Shown here piece by piece: positions 12,074-26,333 of a stretch of 64,000 bases of DNA (its first letter is position 1; each line of letters starts with the position of its first letter). This DNA is from Paramecium tetraurelia (Eukaryota): contig CT868185.1 in the NCBI GenBank assembly GCA_000165425.1, positions 310,001 through 374,000 of the forward strand, read 5' to 3'. The notes beneath the pieces are model-generated. The model did no database searches, was not told the origin of the DNA, and saw nothing but the letters and a program-made list of their open reading frames with translations. A program made the position numbers and the translations under genes.

Positions 12074-14100
12074 ATGGCTTTATGCTAATTTTGTAGAAAG
12101 AAGATAGATGAGGACAAGATAATGTTGCATGAAATGTATTGCGAAAGAAATTGCATTAAGTGCACTAGATGCGGTTTAATGTATGATCAAAATGATCCAG
12201 AATCACATGAAGAAGAATTTCATAAATTACAATAATGTCCTCATTGTAAACTTGAGTTCTAAGGTGTGTTCTATATATTTATATTATAGATCTAAACAAA
12301 CACTCGTGTTAAGAAGCACCCATAATTTGTATTTATTGTTAATTAGGAATTCCTTAAAGATAATTTACAGCACACGAAATGCAATGCGGTAGCAGAACAG
12401 AAAAATGTGAATCATGCAAACAATATGTCAAAATGAGTGATTTTTAAATTCATCAGGAAATCTGTGTTTAAAAGAAATTCGATAAGTTAGGAAGAGGAGA
12501 AATACTAGATGACTTTCCATCTCTAGAAGAAGTGAAGCAAGCTATAGTACCCCTAAATTTCGATGAGCAATATAAAAGATAAACTTAATAGAAATAAGCT
12601 TATCCCAAATAACAAACTCAATAACCTATCGAACATAGCTATGTCCCTGTCAAATCATAAAAAATAGAATATCCTAATGACTAACAGTACGGTATGCTAG
12701 ATAGAAGAGGAGATTAGAGTAAAAATGTTCCCACAAATTAACTAAAAGATGGGAATTATTATAATTATAATTATAATTATAATAATTCAAGTAATCCAAT
12801 CCCAGATAATTCCAGAAACAAAGAAACTTATGCTCTTGCTCCAAAGTAAAATCAAGAAATTAAAAATACTTAAGGATTAAGATCCACATATCAAACTTAA
12901 GAAATTAAATAACAATCTGATAGAATTTAGAATTCTGACTAACAAATTGGAAATCGATAACATAACATTCCTAAATATGATGAAAAATACGAAAGAGATA
13001 AGAAATATATATAAGATAATTAAATTTAGACAAGACTTACTTAATAAATAAATAATACTTAGGAAGTTACTTCTTCTAATGATTAAAAATCTTATTAATA
13101 CTCTAATAATATAAAGCAGCCTTCTAATAATCCGAACTAAAATTAAAAATATTCTACCCAATCTTAAAATCCTCAAAAGTATTAATAGGAACGAGGTAGT
13201 CAAGATAACTTAGATAGCAGATTCCCACATACTCAAGACAGAAGTAACTATGATATGTATTCTAAAAATGTATCAGGTTAAAAATATGGTACAACTTAAA
13301 CATAATAAATTACTAAAACTTATTAACCTACTTAATAAATGGATTAAGTACTATATTCAAACTAAACAAACAAATATCCATCTTCTTCTTTAGAACAGAA
13401 TAAATTTTTAAATCGTCAAACAAAATAAGAACGACCTGAAATTGGTTTAAATAGTAGAGATTAAAGATAAACAAACAATTAACGAGCACCTGTTGTTTAA
13501 AAACCATTGGATATTTAAGAAAGAAAAGAAGACAAAAGGACTTTTGGTCCTACTCAAAATCCTTAATATTAATAAACCAATCAGTTTTATTATTAGCGAA
13601 ATCCTGATGCTCATCAAGAAGCCACATATTCAAACCCTTCATCATATCCGAAACAAACTGAATATTAACGAAAATATAATGAAGTCTCATAGAAATCCAC
13701 TTATGATTCTAAACCCCAAGATTATTAATAATAAAGAGAATTAAAAACAAAACCAATTGAAGCTAAATATGAGTTTGGTAAAATATTTGATGATAAACCT
13801 GAAAATTATCCTCCGAGTCAAGATAGTATAATTGCCAAAACATTACAAGAATCAATATATGCTGATGATCTGCAAATGACACAATCTTAAATTATGGAAT
13901 AAAAATTAATTTATCAATTGTTAGAGGAGAACGCCAAAAAATAAGGGTCTGGATAAAATAAGCCATATCAATAAGAGCAAAGAATAGACCGCAATGCTTA
14001 AACGATTCTGCCTAATGAATTTGATTATCTAACAGAAGAAGAAAAACTATTTCAAAAACAGTTACTTGAAAGTATTGAATATTAAAAAAAAAGATGGTGA
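12074..14100 (+). CDS. TRAF-type zinc-finger protein (XAF1/TRAFD1-like) with Q/N-rich middle and C-terminal UIM-like motifs
   Basis: Repeated C-x2-C...H-x3-C fingers (CQFC...LHEMYC; CPHC; CIYC; HEMQCGSRTEKCESC); EEEKLFQKQLLESI at the end; TGA 14098-14100. Confidence 0.8.
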
Positions 14101-14141
14101 ATTTTTATTATTAACAATAATAAATTTAAATTTTTTATACA

Positions 14142-15320
14142 ATGTACCTTGAATTTGATGAAGACTTTTATCAAATTTAGAATTATGTCAAATAAGTGAA
14201 CTCCAATTTAGTTGTCCTTCCTTAAGAGAATGTCGAAACAGAAGTTGAACTTTTCGAAAAAATGGTTCTTTAGATTAAAATATATGGTTCAAAAATCATT
14301 GAATTGTATTAATCACTTGATGAAATCTGTCCAACTGATAGATAACTACAGGCCTTTATCCCGTAGGCAAAAATAGAATCTATTGATTATGACTAAGTCT
14401 GGTTGGCTCTAAATAAAGGGTTCGTAAGTGATACTTATAAAGCAATGGATTTAATGCAGTAACTAGATTATAAAATCAAATTGAATCAAAGTTAATAAGC
14501 TAAATTTATAGAATTCTTGTAAATTACTTGTAGACTTAAAGATAGGGAAATAGAAAAATTAAGTCAATTATTCCCAAATCAATACCCAGAATCTTATTTC
14601 AAATAGATTGAACAGTTAAATGAGATGATTCTTCAATACAGTTAAATGGTACCCTTATTGGTGTAAGAGAACGAGACTCTGAGATTAGAAATTGAAAATA
14701 CAAAAATCAATGATAATGACGGAAAAACCAATGAAATTAGTTTATTAAGATAGCATTTACAAAATATTGAAAAACAGTTGACGGAAACCTAATCCCAGAA
14801 CGAATACTATTAACAAATGATCAAGGCAGAAGAACAAGTAAGATAGAATAGAACCCAATTATAAATGTTATAAATTGATAATCAAGATCTCCTATTCAAG
14901 AATAATACACTTCAAGAGGAGATCAAAAATTATTAAGATTAAATTAGGACCCAAATTGAAAGCTTTGATAGAATGTAGATGGAATATAAAAAGATAATTC
15001 AAAAGAAAAACCAACAAATTCAAGAATTGGAGGAGAAGAACAATTTGGATTTAACAATAAAAAATAACAATTAAGTAGATTTAGATCTAATTCAATAAAA
15101 AATTCAATAATTCAAATCATTGTATGAGCAAAAAATAAAACATTTAAGTGGAACAATTACTCATTTGGAGTAGGAGAATGCTAAATTAAAAGACTTAGTT
15201 AGATCCTCTGCATTAGAAGTGGATAGTTTAAGATTGTAAATAGAGAAGATCATAACAACTAATAACAAAAAGACTTTAAAAATACCGAAGAAGTCTCAAT
15301 AGGATTATGTTTAAGTATGA
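14142..15320 (+). CDS. coiled-coil protein
   Basis: Frame MYLEFDEDFYQIQ... rich in E/Q/K/L heptads, ending QDYVQV*. Confidence 0.8.
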
Positions 15321-15686
15321 TATTGATTATTTAGTATAGTTATATCAAAAGTATTAAGAAGTAGTAGAGAAGAATGAACAATTAAGTCAGCAATTATATA
15401 GTCAAATATTAGATGGTAGTGTATTGTCACATATTTGAGTTTTGTTTTGTTTTTTTAATTAATTAAAGTAATATTTATTGTAATCATATATATTGAAGTG
15501 CAATAGAAATTTATAAAATTGTGCTAATATTTGATGTTAAGTTATCTTTTTATAATTATGCTTAATTTATCTAATTACTACTCTAATTAAGTAATAATTT
15601 ATAGAATAATATTGTAATAATCTCTAAATTCCTTTATAGAGGATATCACATTACTATTTAATACAGTATTAATTAAAATAAAATTA

Positions 15687-16103
15687 ATGGGAAATGGGTT
15701 GTGTTGTTAGAAAGTGGAAAGGGTTGAAACTTTTTAATACGATGATGAAACCTCTCATCCCGAGACATCTAAACGAGGATCTTTAAAATAAGGAGATTAA
15801 TAACCTTAGATGTTAAGTGAGTCGGATTCAGAAGAAGAATATCCAAAGAGAAAATAACATTAATTTGGGGTTTTGAAGGAACCACATAAAACATCTTAGC
15901 TCTCAACGATATAATAATATTCATTTCAAAGTTTTTCATCAGAGCAACAATTTCAAAATTTTGTTACATTTCAAGCATTGCCATCATAACATGGAATACA
16001 GGGAAATGTATTTTAAAAGTTTTAAGCAGAGATGAACTAGATTGCATAATAATAATAGACATAAGCACCTAAAAACTCAAAAAAAGTGTAATTTGCAATT
16101 TGA
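15687..16103 (+). CDS. small myristoylated/palmitoylated protein with C-terminal RVxF-type motif
   Basis: Intronless 139-codon frame MGNGLCCQKVE...KNSKKVQFAI*. Confidence 0.75.
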
Positions 16104-17617
16104 TCAAGATTCTTAGCATACTTATATATTTTATTTAATATAAATGAAAATCTTTTTCATTTCCAAATATTTTCCAATATTATTTTAATGTTCACATTAT
16201 ATAATAAACTTCACAAATGAATTGATTTCAATAGTCAGTTCATTTATACCATCTTCTATTTAATAATTCATTTCTACTGTATTTTCTCCTATGCTGGAAC
16301 TCATCACCATTATTATCATAGTCATCATCCTCTGCTTCTACATCATCATTCTTCAAACTTTCTTTTTTGGAATATTAGTATGTATCCTAATCAGTGTGTT
16401 TCAAGTTATGTAATTGCTATCAACATATTAATTTTAATTATTATTTAATTTACAAAGCTGTAATCATTTGGACAGAATTAAATTTTTATGATTTATTTCA
16501 TTATTATACTTTAATGAATTATAGTGCTATAGCTTTTCTTCATCTTATATTTAATCAAAATATAGGAACTGTTTCAAATTCTATATTCAACTATAATTAC
16601 GAATGATATAATTCTGTACGTCTAATATATTATCTTTAATTTATTGTAAGGGTATATTCTCAAATAGAGAATAATAGTTGAATATCATCTCACACCCTTA
16701 TATTCTTATTTATTATATTACCATAAACCTTATTATATTACCATAAATTTATTGTGTCAGTTGGATATCCCACCATAACTTTTGGATTTGATATTCTTTC
16801 CATTTACAATCAATCAACCACGAACCCAAATTTAATGCAATTCAAAATCAACATCATTATTATCTCCATCATCTTCCCATAGATGATCAAATACAAAAAC
16901 CATTACATTATTCAATTATATCTTAAAAATAGAATGTGCTATCTTAACTTTGTTAGCATAAACAAGAATAAGAAAAAATAAAACCCATATTAATAGATAT
17001 CAAATGAATTAAACTTAAAAGGACAGGCAAATTATATTAATCATTATATTGTTCAAATACTAAATTCTTTATTAATTAAATTCATTATTAAAATTGTATT
17101 TTAGGCATTAAGAGTTTGTAGATGATTAAATATTGTCATACATTAGTAAATGCCGTAAATTAAACTATTAAGAGTATAATTAGCTTTTACTCACTCTTAA
17201 TTGAGTATTTGTTGACAACTCTTAAACACTAAAATCTAAATTACTCATTACTTACTTATACAAGTAATAAGTTGTTTGTGAGTTAAGATATCAATTCAAC
17301 TATTTGAATTAGCCATCTTAATCTATATATGTTGATATATCAATTTATCAATGTAATGCAGATGGCAAAATTGAATCGGGGTTTATTAGCAGATATAAAT
17401 TTAATATTTATTTCTGTCAGTCACTCTTGGATATTCATTTATAAATAATTTCATTGATTCTTCTACTAAACCTATCCATTTACTAACATATTATATATTT
17501 ATTTTATATTGATATATTTTATTTAAGCAATAAATGCGCATCATTTTAACTCATTAGTATAAATGTTTATATCTTCATTTAGTTAAGATAATAGGAATTA
17601 TTAATAAATATTCCAAA

Positions 17618-18153
17618 ATGTCATGCGCATTAGAAGATTTAGGGAGAGTCTTCCCAAGGAAATCAGTTTTACTTAAAACTTACATGTTGGGTTGTTTTTA
17701 CTTGTTTTATCAAACAATAAAGCCTGAAGAAAAAAAGAAGGAGAAAAACAAGATTACAGAACTTAGACCAAATATTTTTAGAAATCAAAGCCAACAATGT
17801 TAACAATACCAACGAAATTCATTTTAGATGAATGCAATAGGTGATCAAAAAAAGAAATAAATCAATTAAATGCAAAACACTTCATATGGTTTGATGGAAT
17901 TTAGTATTATATTAATTCAATGTAGGATCATCAATATTCTCAGCTCAAGATTACAAAAAGTTAAATAATTCAACTTGTTAAGTGGTATGAAAAGTTGAAT
18001 ATATATGTAGCATATACTTCAAATACATTCAAAAAAATACTAATACTTTTCTTTGGATGACTTATCAACAACTGAAAGTGAATTTATTCCTGATCTTAAA
18101 GTTGATCTTCAGACTACTTCTGCTGTCGATATGACTTAGAGCTGCATATTTTG
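17618..18153 (+). pseudogene. decayed gene, possibly a small-GTPase relic
   Basis: Fragments NAIGD, HFIWFDGIQY, AQDYKKL and terminal SCIF* lie in different frames. Confidence 0.25.
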
Positions 18154-19069
18154 AATACCTATTTGTACTTCCTCTTTAATGTATATAGAAAATATAAATT
18201 ATTATAAAGCTAAATTTATTTTTCAAACTCTTCCTAATATTTTGAATTAATGTTTAATAATCACTGCATTGTTGATTTTTTACAATATAAACAACGCTAT
18301 TACAACGATGTTAAGAAATCCTTTATTTTCATTTTAAATAAAATACAAAAAAATTAGAAAAGTAACATGATTTATAAACTAAAATTCTGTGGATTAACTA
18401 AATTTATAAAATATACCCACTATTCTGGTACAGAGACTTGCTATCATGATAGATATATGATAAAAATAGTGTCTGTTGTCTTATATATAAATTTGTTTAT
18501 TGATTTTAGTCCTATAAATATTTTGTAAATTTTATCTTTCAATCTTGAGTATACTTAAAAGTTTCTATAAGAGAAAAAATACATCAAATCAATTGAAAAT
18601 AGAAGAAAAAAAAAAATCTAGCAATCATATAATATTGTTCTCAAATTGTGATCATGTAGGGTATTTATGAAATCATATTCTTCTCAATCCTTTATTTGAT
18701 GAAAACTAAACTGTTTGTGAATATTTAGATCAAAATACTCTGACTCTATCGATAATAATAGATTGATTAATTTTTTAGAAATGATATTAAAATATTGAAT
18801 TTATTTTTTCAAAAAAGAGTGCTAAATATATTGAAAATAACATAAAATTCAGGATATTGTATTATCATCTCTAAGAGTTGCAATTTGATAATACAAAATG
18901 AGATCAAGATTTAATAACCTGCCTCTAGATTGATTGCTAATATCTATTACATAAGAAAGAACATCAGAGTGGTTTTATGTTGATTTATTGATTTCTTTGT
19001 ATTTCAGAAATAAATTAAATATAAATTATCCTAATCTAATATAAATATATAAAATTTAAAATATTCAAG

Positions 19070-20394
<1,325 letters not shown>

Positions 20395-20422
20395 TTATTA
20401 ATATATATATAAAAATTTAAAG

Positions 20423-21126
20423 ATGTAAACCTCGCTATTTCAAGAAATCGAAGAGTTCACTAAATGCTCGAATTGGATCGAAAACTAAGACTCTGCTGGT
20501 TCTTCTAATAATGATCTTTTCCTATTTGGTTATAGTATTTTATTTTTAAATTCTATTTCGACAGAATCGAAGCTTCTCTTTTCAACAGAAACAAACTCTT
20601 CCTCTGATGAATAATTTGAGGCGTTTTCTGCCATTTTTAATCAAGCTTTCGAGAAATGTTCAAATGAGAATGAGAACACTTAAAATTAGTTCAATATTTC
20701 GCTGCAAACTGTAATATAAATTTAGAGGTTAGATTGCCAATGATAATCGAACTACCCTAATGATTAGAAACATTCCAAATAATTACACTGTGAAAAGACT
20801 GCAAAATGAGATAGATTTCAAATTCTATTCAAAATACGATTACATAAATATCCCTTGTGATTTAGAAGGAGGTTTTGCGTTTATTAATCTAAAAAACAAA
20901 AAATATCTTTAGGAATTCTTCCTGGCATTTAATAACCGTCCTTGGAATTTCAACAAAAAATATGTAAAATACTCATACTATTATAGAACTGTGTATTAAA
21001 ATATGCAAAAGTTTAATATAATGAAAATTAATTAAAATATCAAAAGAAAATATGTCCAGATATATATTCACACTAAAAAAAAGTGATGGATTTGATAAAG
21101 ATTCAAAAAAAGAATTAAAATAATGA
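20423..21126 (+). CDS. Mei2-like RRM (RRM_2) protein
   Basis: DNRTTLMIRNIPNNYT...YDYINIPCD..GGFAFINL...FNNRPW...C.LKYAKVQ; short introns. Confidence 0.85.
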
Positions 21127-21224
21127 ACATCTTCTTTGATTAATTCATTATGTTAAATATTTTAATTTGTATTCTTTAAGGCATATAACCATTTAAGTTT
21201 TGATGTATTAATTAAATAAGACAA

Positions 21225-22557
21225 TCATTCACCCTCAAAATCTATAAGATATTCTTCACTTAAACTTCCATATCGAAGTGATAATTTTTGATTTTCTGAT
21301 GAGAATGATCCTGGTGAATATTAAGTGGATGAGATATCTTTTGACAAGAGGTTTAAATGTTTATAGCAAGCTGCTACAAGTTCAGAAGAAAAAAACGTTC
21401 TTGTTTACTGCTATTATGGATCTTGGAGCATTGTTGACTTAAATTTGAATAATTTAGTCGGATTAAATGAATACTATTTACCAATATTCTCAGTAACGAA
21501 TTCGTGCATCCTTGATATAAAATTTTCATCTCTATTCACTTGTAATTTTCTATAAATAACTCTATCATAAAATACAATTACACTTTACTTATGATATAGA
21601 TAATTCCATTTACATATAATAAACTTATTCCAACGGCACAGTCCCACTCCATGCAATGGCAATGCTTCAAATAAATACAATTAGTTGTCATTTAACCGTA
21701 TTAAAATTCCAACGTGATCAAAATTAGCCTGGGTTAAGGTTCTTTGAATGTGACAATTAATATCTTTCCCTTAAAAGAGTAAAATGTCTCCATCTTCAGC
21801 ATCCTCCATTATTTGTAATGATGAAATGCGTTCAAACTAAAATTAAGGTCAATATAGAATTTAATACTCTCCAAAAATATTCATATGTACTGAGTGATTT
21901 CAAAACTTTCAGTGCTCCAATTGAATCTTAGAGATGCTATTTTATAAGTTAAACCCATGTTTTAGTTTGATCTACTGTACCCCCTTTAAACTGAAATACT
22001 TTTTGAGTTTAACCCAAAGGCTTTAAACTAGAAGCATAGAGATATTCATACATAAACTCCACTGTATTTCCATTTTTATCCTATAATTCTTATAATTAGA
22101 ATGACTAAACATCGAAATTTAAAACTCCTTAAACTTTTTTATTTTCTGAGTCATAATATCTAAACACTCTATTTCTTAATATACAGTTTCTCTATGAATA
22201 ACCTTAAAACCAATGAGGACTTTTCTTCATTAAGAATCCTTCTATCATTCCTAATTTTGATCTAATCTGAACAATATTATTAATTTATAGTTCGTTTTGC
22301 TGTATTTCTTCATCAAATTTTAAGGCCTTGTAGTAATATATTAGAGATTTTTAATCACCATTTTAAACTTCCATTGCTTCAAATTCCTCCATATCATTCA
22401 TCTGATTTTATTTTCGAAATAATTTATCCTCTTCACTTCTTTTCACTGCATCCTTTAAATTGTTTTGTTAATCTGGACTTAATATTTTACCTGTGCTTGT
22501 TATAGAAGAAGTTTAGATAACTCCTAAAGGGGAAGGCAGATCGATTGAAGTTTACAT
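21225..22557 (-). CDS. PH domain + permuted papain-like amidase (YaeF/YiiX, NlpC/P60) protein with catalytic Cys replaced by Ser
   Basis: EGFLMKKSPHWFQGYSQR (PH); GDILLF, NFDHVG, LFEAL, FFSSELVAACY; two introns. Confidence 0.8.
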
Positions 22558-22611
22558 TAAATAATTATAGAATTATAAATCATTCCTCCTAAAGAGCTAA
22601 ATATTCTGGAC

Positions 22612-23110
22612 TCAACGTAGCTTAGCACTTTGTAACAATTATAACCGTTTATTTTTTGTAAGTTCATTTGGATAATGTTCGACAGATGGCCTTCTTACTT
22701 TAAAAAAAACCATACCTAAGTAGTTTTAGAAAATTAATCCACTAGAAAATAATCTTTATTTAACTTTTTTTTCATAATTAATGACATCCAAGCAATTTCT
22801 TGTATTAAAACAGTTATTTTTCATTGAAAAACCAAGAAATCTTATTATTTTTGTTGATTATTCGTTTTAACACATCTTAATTTTTGATACACACCTTATT
22901 ATGAATATTTAATTTAATTCTTAAATCCAATTTAAAATTCTAACACTTTATAAACACAAAGTTATTATTATAATTTTTATACTAAACTCCACTTGAGTTA
23001 ATTTTTATTAATCATCATCCTTGAGTTGCTACAATTTTGCAATTTAATTCTAAAGAAGATTACCTCTCCCTTATTACTTTCTTTTTATCATTGGTAAAAT
23101 TCTCAATACT
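22612..23110 (-). CDS. hypothetical protein (3' part; 5' end unresolved)
   Basis: About 166 codons open in code 6 ending ...LLQSAKLR* at 22612; an upstream in-frame TGA blocks extension. Confidence 0.3.
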
Positions 23111-23441
23111 CAGGTGTTTTATTAAAATTTAGATCTGCGTTATGATTTTTAATAATCTTTCTGCTTATTTCCGTATACATCAAATTATATCTGAGCTATT
23201 TTTCCTTATTACATTACAATTATCAAGAATAAAATGGTTCTATAAAAATTGCCTTAGCTCTTGACAAAGATGGAAATAATAAATCATAAGTATAAGAATC
23301 ATCAAATATTTCATTATTCTTAAAACAAAATATTATCTTGAAGGCTTAATACGTAAATTAAAAATCTATGCTTCTACCTTCAAATTGTAGAACTCCAAAA
23401 AGTTATATATAATAATAAATTTCGTTTGTTTAAATTAAAAA

Positions 23442-23631
23442 GTAGCGGGTTAGCCGTTCCCCGAGGTCGTGTAAGTCAGGGTCGACTATGCTGGGACCGG
23501 GGCAAGCCCCAAGTAAACCCAGCCCCATTTAAAAATTGCAGTGATATCATTCTCCTCGTAGGAGATATCAGATATCACTCTGATAAGAACAGATACTACA
23601 CTTGATCTTAGCCAAAAGGCCGAGAAGGTAT
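23442..23631 (-). ncRNA. U2: U2 spliceosomal snRNA
   Basis: Minus strand reads AUACCUUCUCGGCCUUUUGGCUAAGAUCAAGUGUAGUAUCUGUUCUUAUCAG (branch-pairing GUAGUA), Sm site AAUUUUUA, then GC-rich 3' stem-loops; 3' end approximate. Confidence 0.97.
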
Positions 23632-23682
23632 GAAATTTAATCGTCTTTTTATTTCCTTTAAATATTAATATTAATTTTATAA

Positions 23683-23694
23683 TTTTATGGGTTT
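23683..23694 (-). promoter_or_regulatory. candidate snRNA upstream sequence element AAACCCATAAAA
   Basis: The only CCC-containing motif in an AT-rich stretch, 52-63 nt upstream of the U2 start; position typical of a USE/PSE. Confidence 0.4.
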
Positions 23695-24428
23695 ATAATT
23701 TAATATTAATAATAAAATCAATATATTGTTTAACAAATTGTAATAAGTTTTTAAAGGATTTTGGATAATCATATATTGTAGGATTGATCAAAATACTTAA
23801 ATAAAAAGGTGCTGAGTTTATGTTTGGTATTAAAATTATGAATAAGTAAATATTGGAAATTTGAAACATTACATGAATAATTCTTGGATAAGTTAACCGC
23901 CTATTAATTTCAAATCCAATCATACCACTGTGTTTACAATAAAGGAAATTAATTTATTTTTAATTATCAATAATTAAAATTCTATCTAGTAATGATAAAT
24001 TCTCAATAAGAAATAATTCTATGATAAAAAATATTTGATTTTAGTAAATGAATTTTGTATTGATAAGAATGTCATATTGAATTTACTCATGGTATCCAAA
24101 ATTCTATTGAGGTTTATCAATTTAATTGGAAGATATAATTTTTGATCCATAAATATTTTTTTTTTTTTATATGAAATTATGCAATATTTCTCAATTAATG
24201 TGTTATTACTCTTCTTTTCTATTCAATTATAAGCCAACTCTTTACTTTAATTCTCTAATATAAATGAAAGAAATTTTGATCAAAATCTTGAGTATTACAA
24301 ACTGGCATTTGTTTAAAAAAAATTCTAAATAATTTTTCTAAGTTAAGTTTTGAAGTTGAGTGATCATATTTATACAAGATTATTATTGTTTTGATAAAGG
24401 CTTAATAATAATTTTATAATCCGTTTTG

Positions 24429-25106
24429 ATGAAACAAGCATTATTGGTATTAGCGATCATTTGCTTAGGATTTGCTGGTCATAATATTCGTCACCATAAA
24501 TAGAATACAGCAAACTCATAAAAATCATTGGCTTAGACTTAAGAAATTCAATATATAGATGATGATAAAAGTTTTTAAGAACCTGCTCAAACAGAATCAA
24601 ATGAGGCTGAATTAGTATAAGAAACATAAATTCAATCAGAATAGACTGAATAATAATAATTATAAGAGCAATAAGAATCTGAAATAAATTTGACTAACTA
24701 AGAGCAAGATTAATTGGATTAAGAAGAATAAAGAAAATATGAAGAAGAGAAACAAAAGTAATTATCATCCACCAAAGGATCTGATGATGACTTTTATATG
24801 AATGCTTTAAATGTCGAAATTCAAACCTAAGATCCATCTGATTAAATGCCAGTTGATGTTGTAGAAAATCAACTTAACCCAGTGTTTGAAAAGGACACAA
24901 TCCCAGATTAAAAGGGAGTTGATTCGCCATTTTAGCCTGCAGATGGTTCATCATTGATGACTCCTGAAGAGCCTGAATATGAAATAAAATAAACCCAAAT
25001 GATGCCAGATGAAATACCTGCAGAACAATTATAAGAATACATGTAAAAAATAGAGGCATAAGAAGCATAAGAGGCAGCAATTCTTGCAGCATAAGGACCA
25101 AAATGA
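24429..25106 (+). CDS. secreted acidic Q/E-rich protein
   Basis: Signal peptide MKQALLVLAIICLGFAG; intronless 226 codons. Confidence 0.85.
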
Positions 25107-25647
25107 TTAATATTATAATAATAATAATAACATATATACATATTCAGGAAGGAAGTAAGTTAACATTGAATAAGAGTTAATTTAGAATTATCAATTTGTT
25201 TATTGGTGTTTAATATATGCCTAATTTCTTAAATTAAGAAAAAGATGAGTAAAATCAATAGAGAAGAAGTAGTCAATTTTTGTTGTTGTAGTTGTAATAT
25301 TGAGATGAGAACTCAATTCATAAACTTAGATTGTGCTAATAATAATCTGAACTGTCAACCTATATATATTAAAATAAAGTCAATAATTTATTAAGATTAT
25401 TATAGATAGATTCTTAAAATTAAATAGCTCAAAATAAAAATTATTATTATGTAGAGTAATAAATTGTTCCATCATGAAATGATTTACAAGCTCAATAGCA
25501 AATATTTTATAATAATATCATTTAATAATTATTCTATAAATAATTTATAATTTAGAATTGATTATTCTAACATATATAAATAAGCTTATAGATTATAGAA
25601 TTTGATGTATATTATTTAGAGTTACTAGATTAGATAAAATAACTTAA

Positions 25648-26090
25648 TCATTATTGTTTTGTTCTATGTTAATCAATGACCTATTGTAAAGCATAATTCT
25701 TAATAATGTCTTATTCGCTAGCTGGTTTTCGACATTAAGGGCAATTCTTAGATTTTTTTAACCATTCTAATAAGACAAACTTTTCAAAAGTATGACCACA
25801 TGTACTAAGTTAGGCTGCATCAACAATTAACTCTAATTTAAAGATATAAAATCATTAATACCTCCAGTTATTGGACAACAAAGAGTCTCGAGGAATTGTT
25901 CACCGTCACTAGTGATTTATGAAGGCTCCGGATTTGATTTACTTTAACTATTAGTTTAAGATTATTCATTATTCATGGCTTTCATTCCAAAAATTGTTCC
26001 AACAACTCCAATTGCTAAGCCTCCTAAGGCATACAACCATGCTTTGCCATTTTAATTTTATCCCTTCTCATGTTATTAAGGTTTATTCAT
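25648..26090 (-). CDS. small U-box/RING E3 ligase with N-terminal hydrophobic anchor
   Basis: AWLYALGGLAIGVVGTIFG segment; LCCPITGELIVD..LSTCGHTFEK..LLEWL...NCPQCRK...IIKNYAL; one intron. Confidence 0.85.
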
Positions 26091-26333
26091 TATTTTTTTG
26101 TTTAAATAAATAATATTCATTAATGGTTAGCTTTATATTATGAAATGCAATCTCAACTAAACATTCTAGATATAGAAATATAGCATTATTTATAGAAAAT
26201 CTCTATCACATTTAAATGTTTTGTATCACTGTATTTATGTCTATTTAAATGCAACAAGAGTCTAAGGGTTTGGATATCATGTAAATAAAGTGAAGATTGA
26301 TAATAAAAATTTTATAATTTACTCTTAATTTGA

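Noticed and set aside
12756..12786. AATTAT tandem repeat
   Set aside because: Simple coding low-complexity (NY repeat) within the zinc-finger gene.
22612..22614. In-frame TGA suggesting readthrough from the upstream ORF into the PH-YiiX gene
   Set aside because: More simply a normal stop followed by ~55 bp of intergenic DNA and a fresh ATG at 22557.
25244..25500. Cys-rich fragment resembling a RING relic
   Set aside because: Too degenerate to support a gene call.
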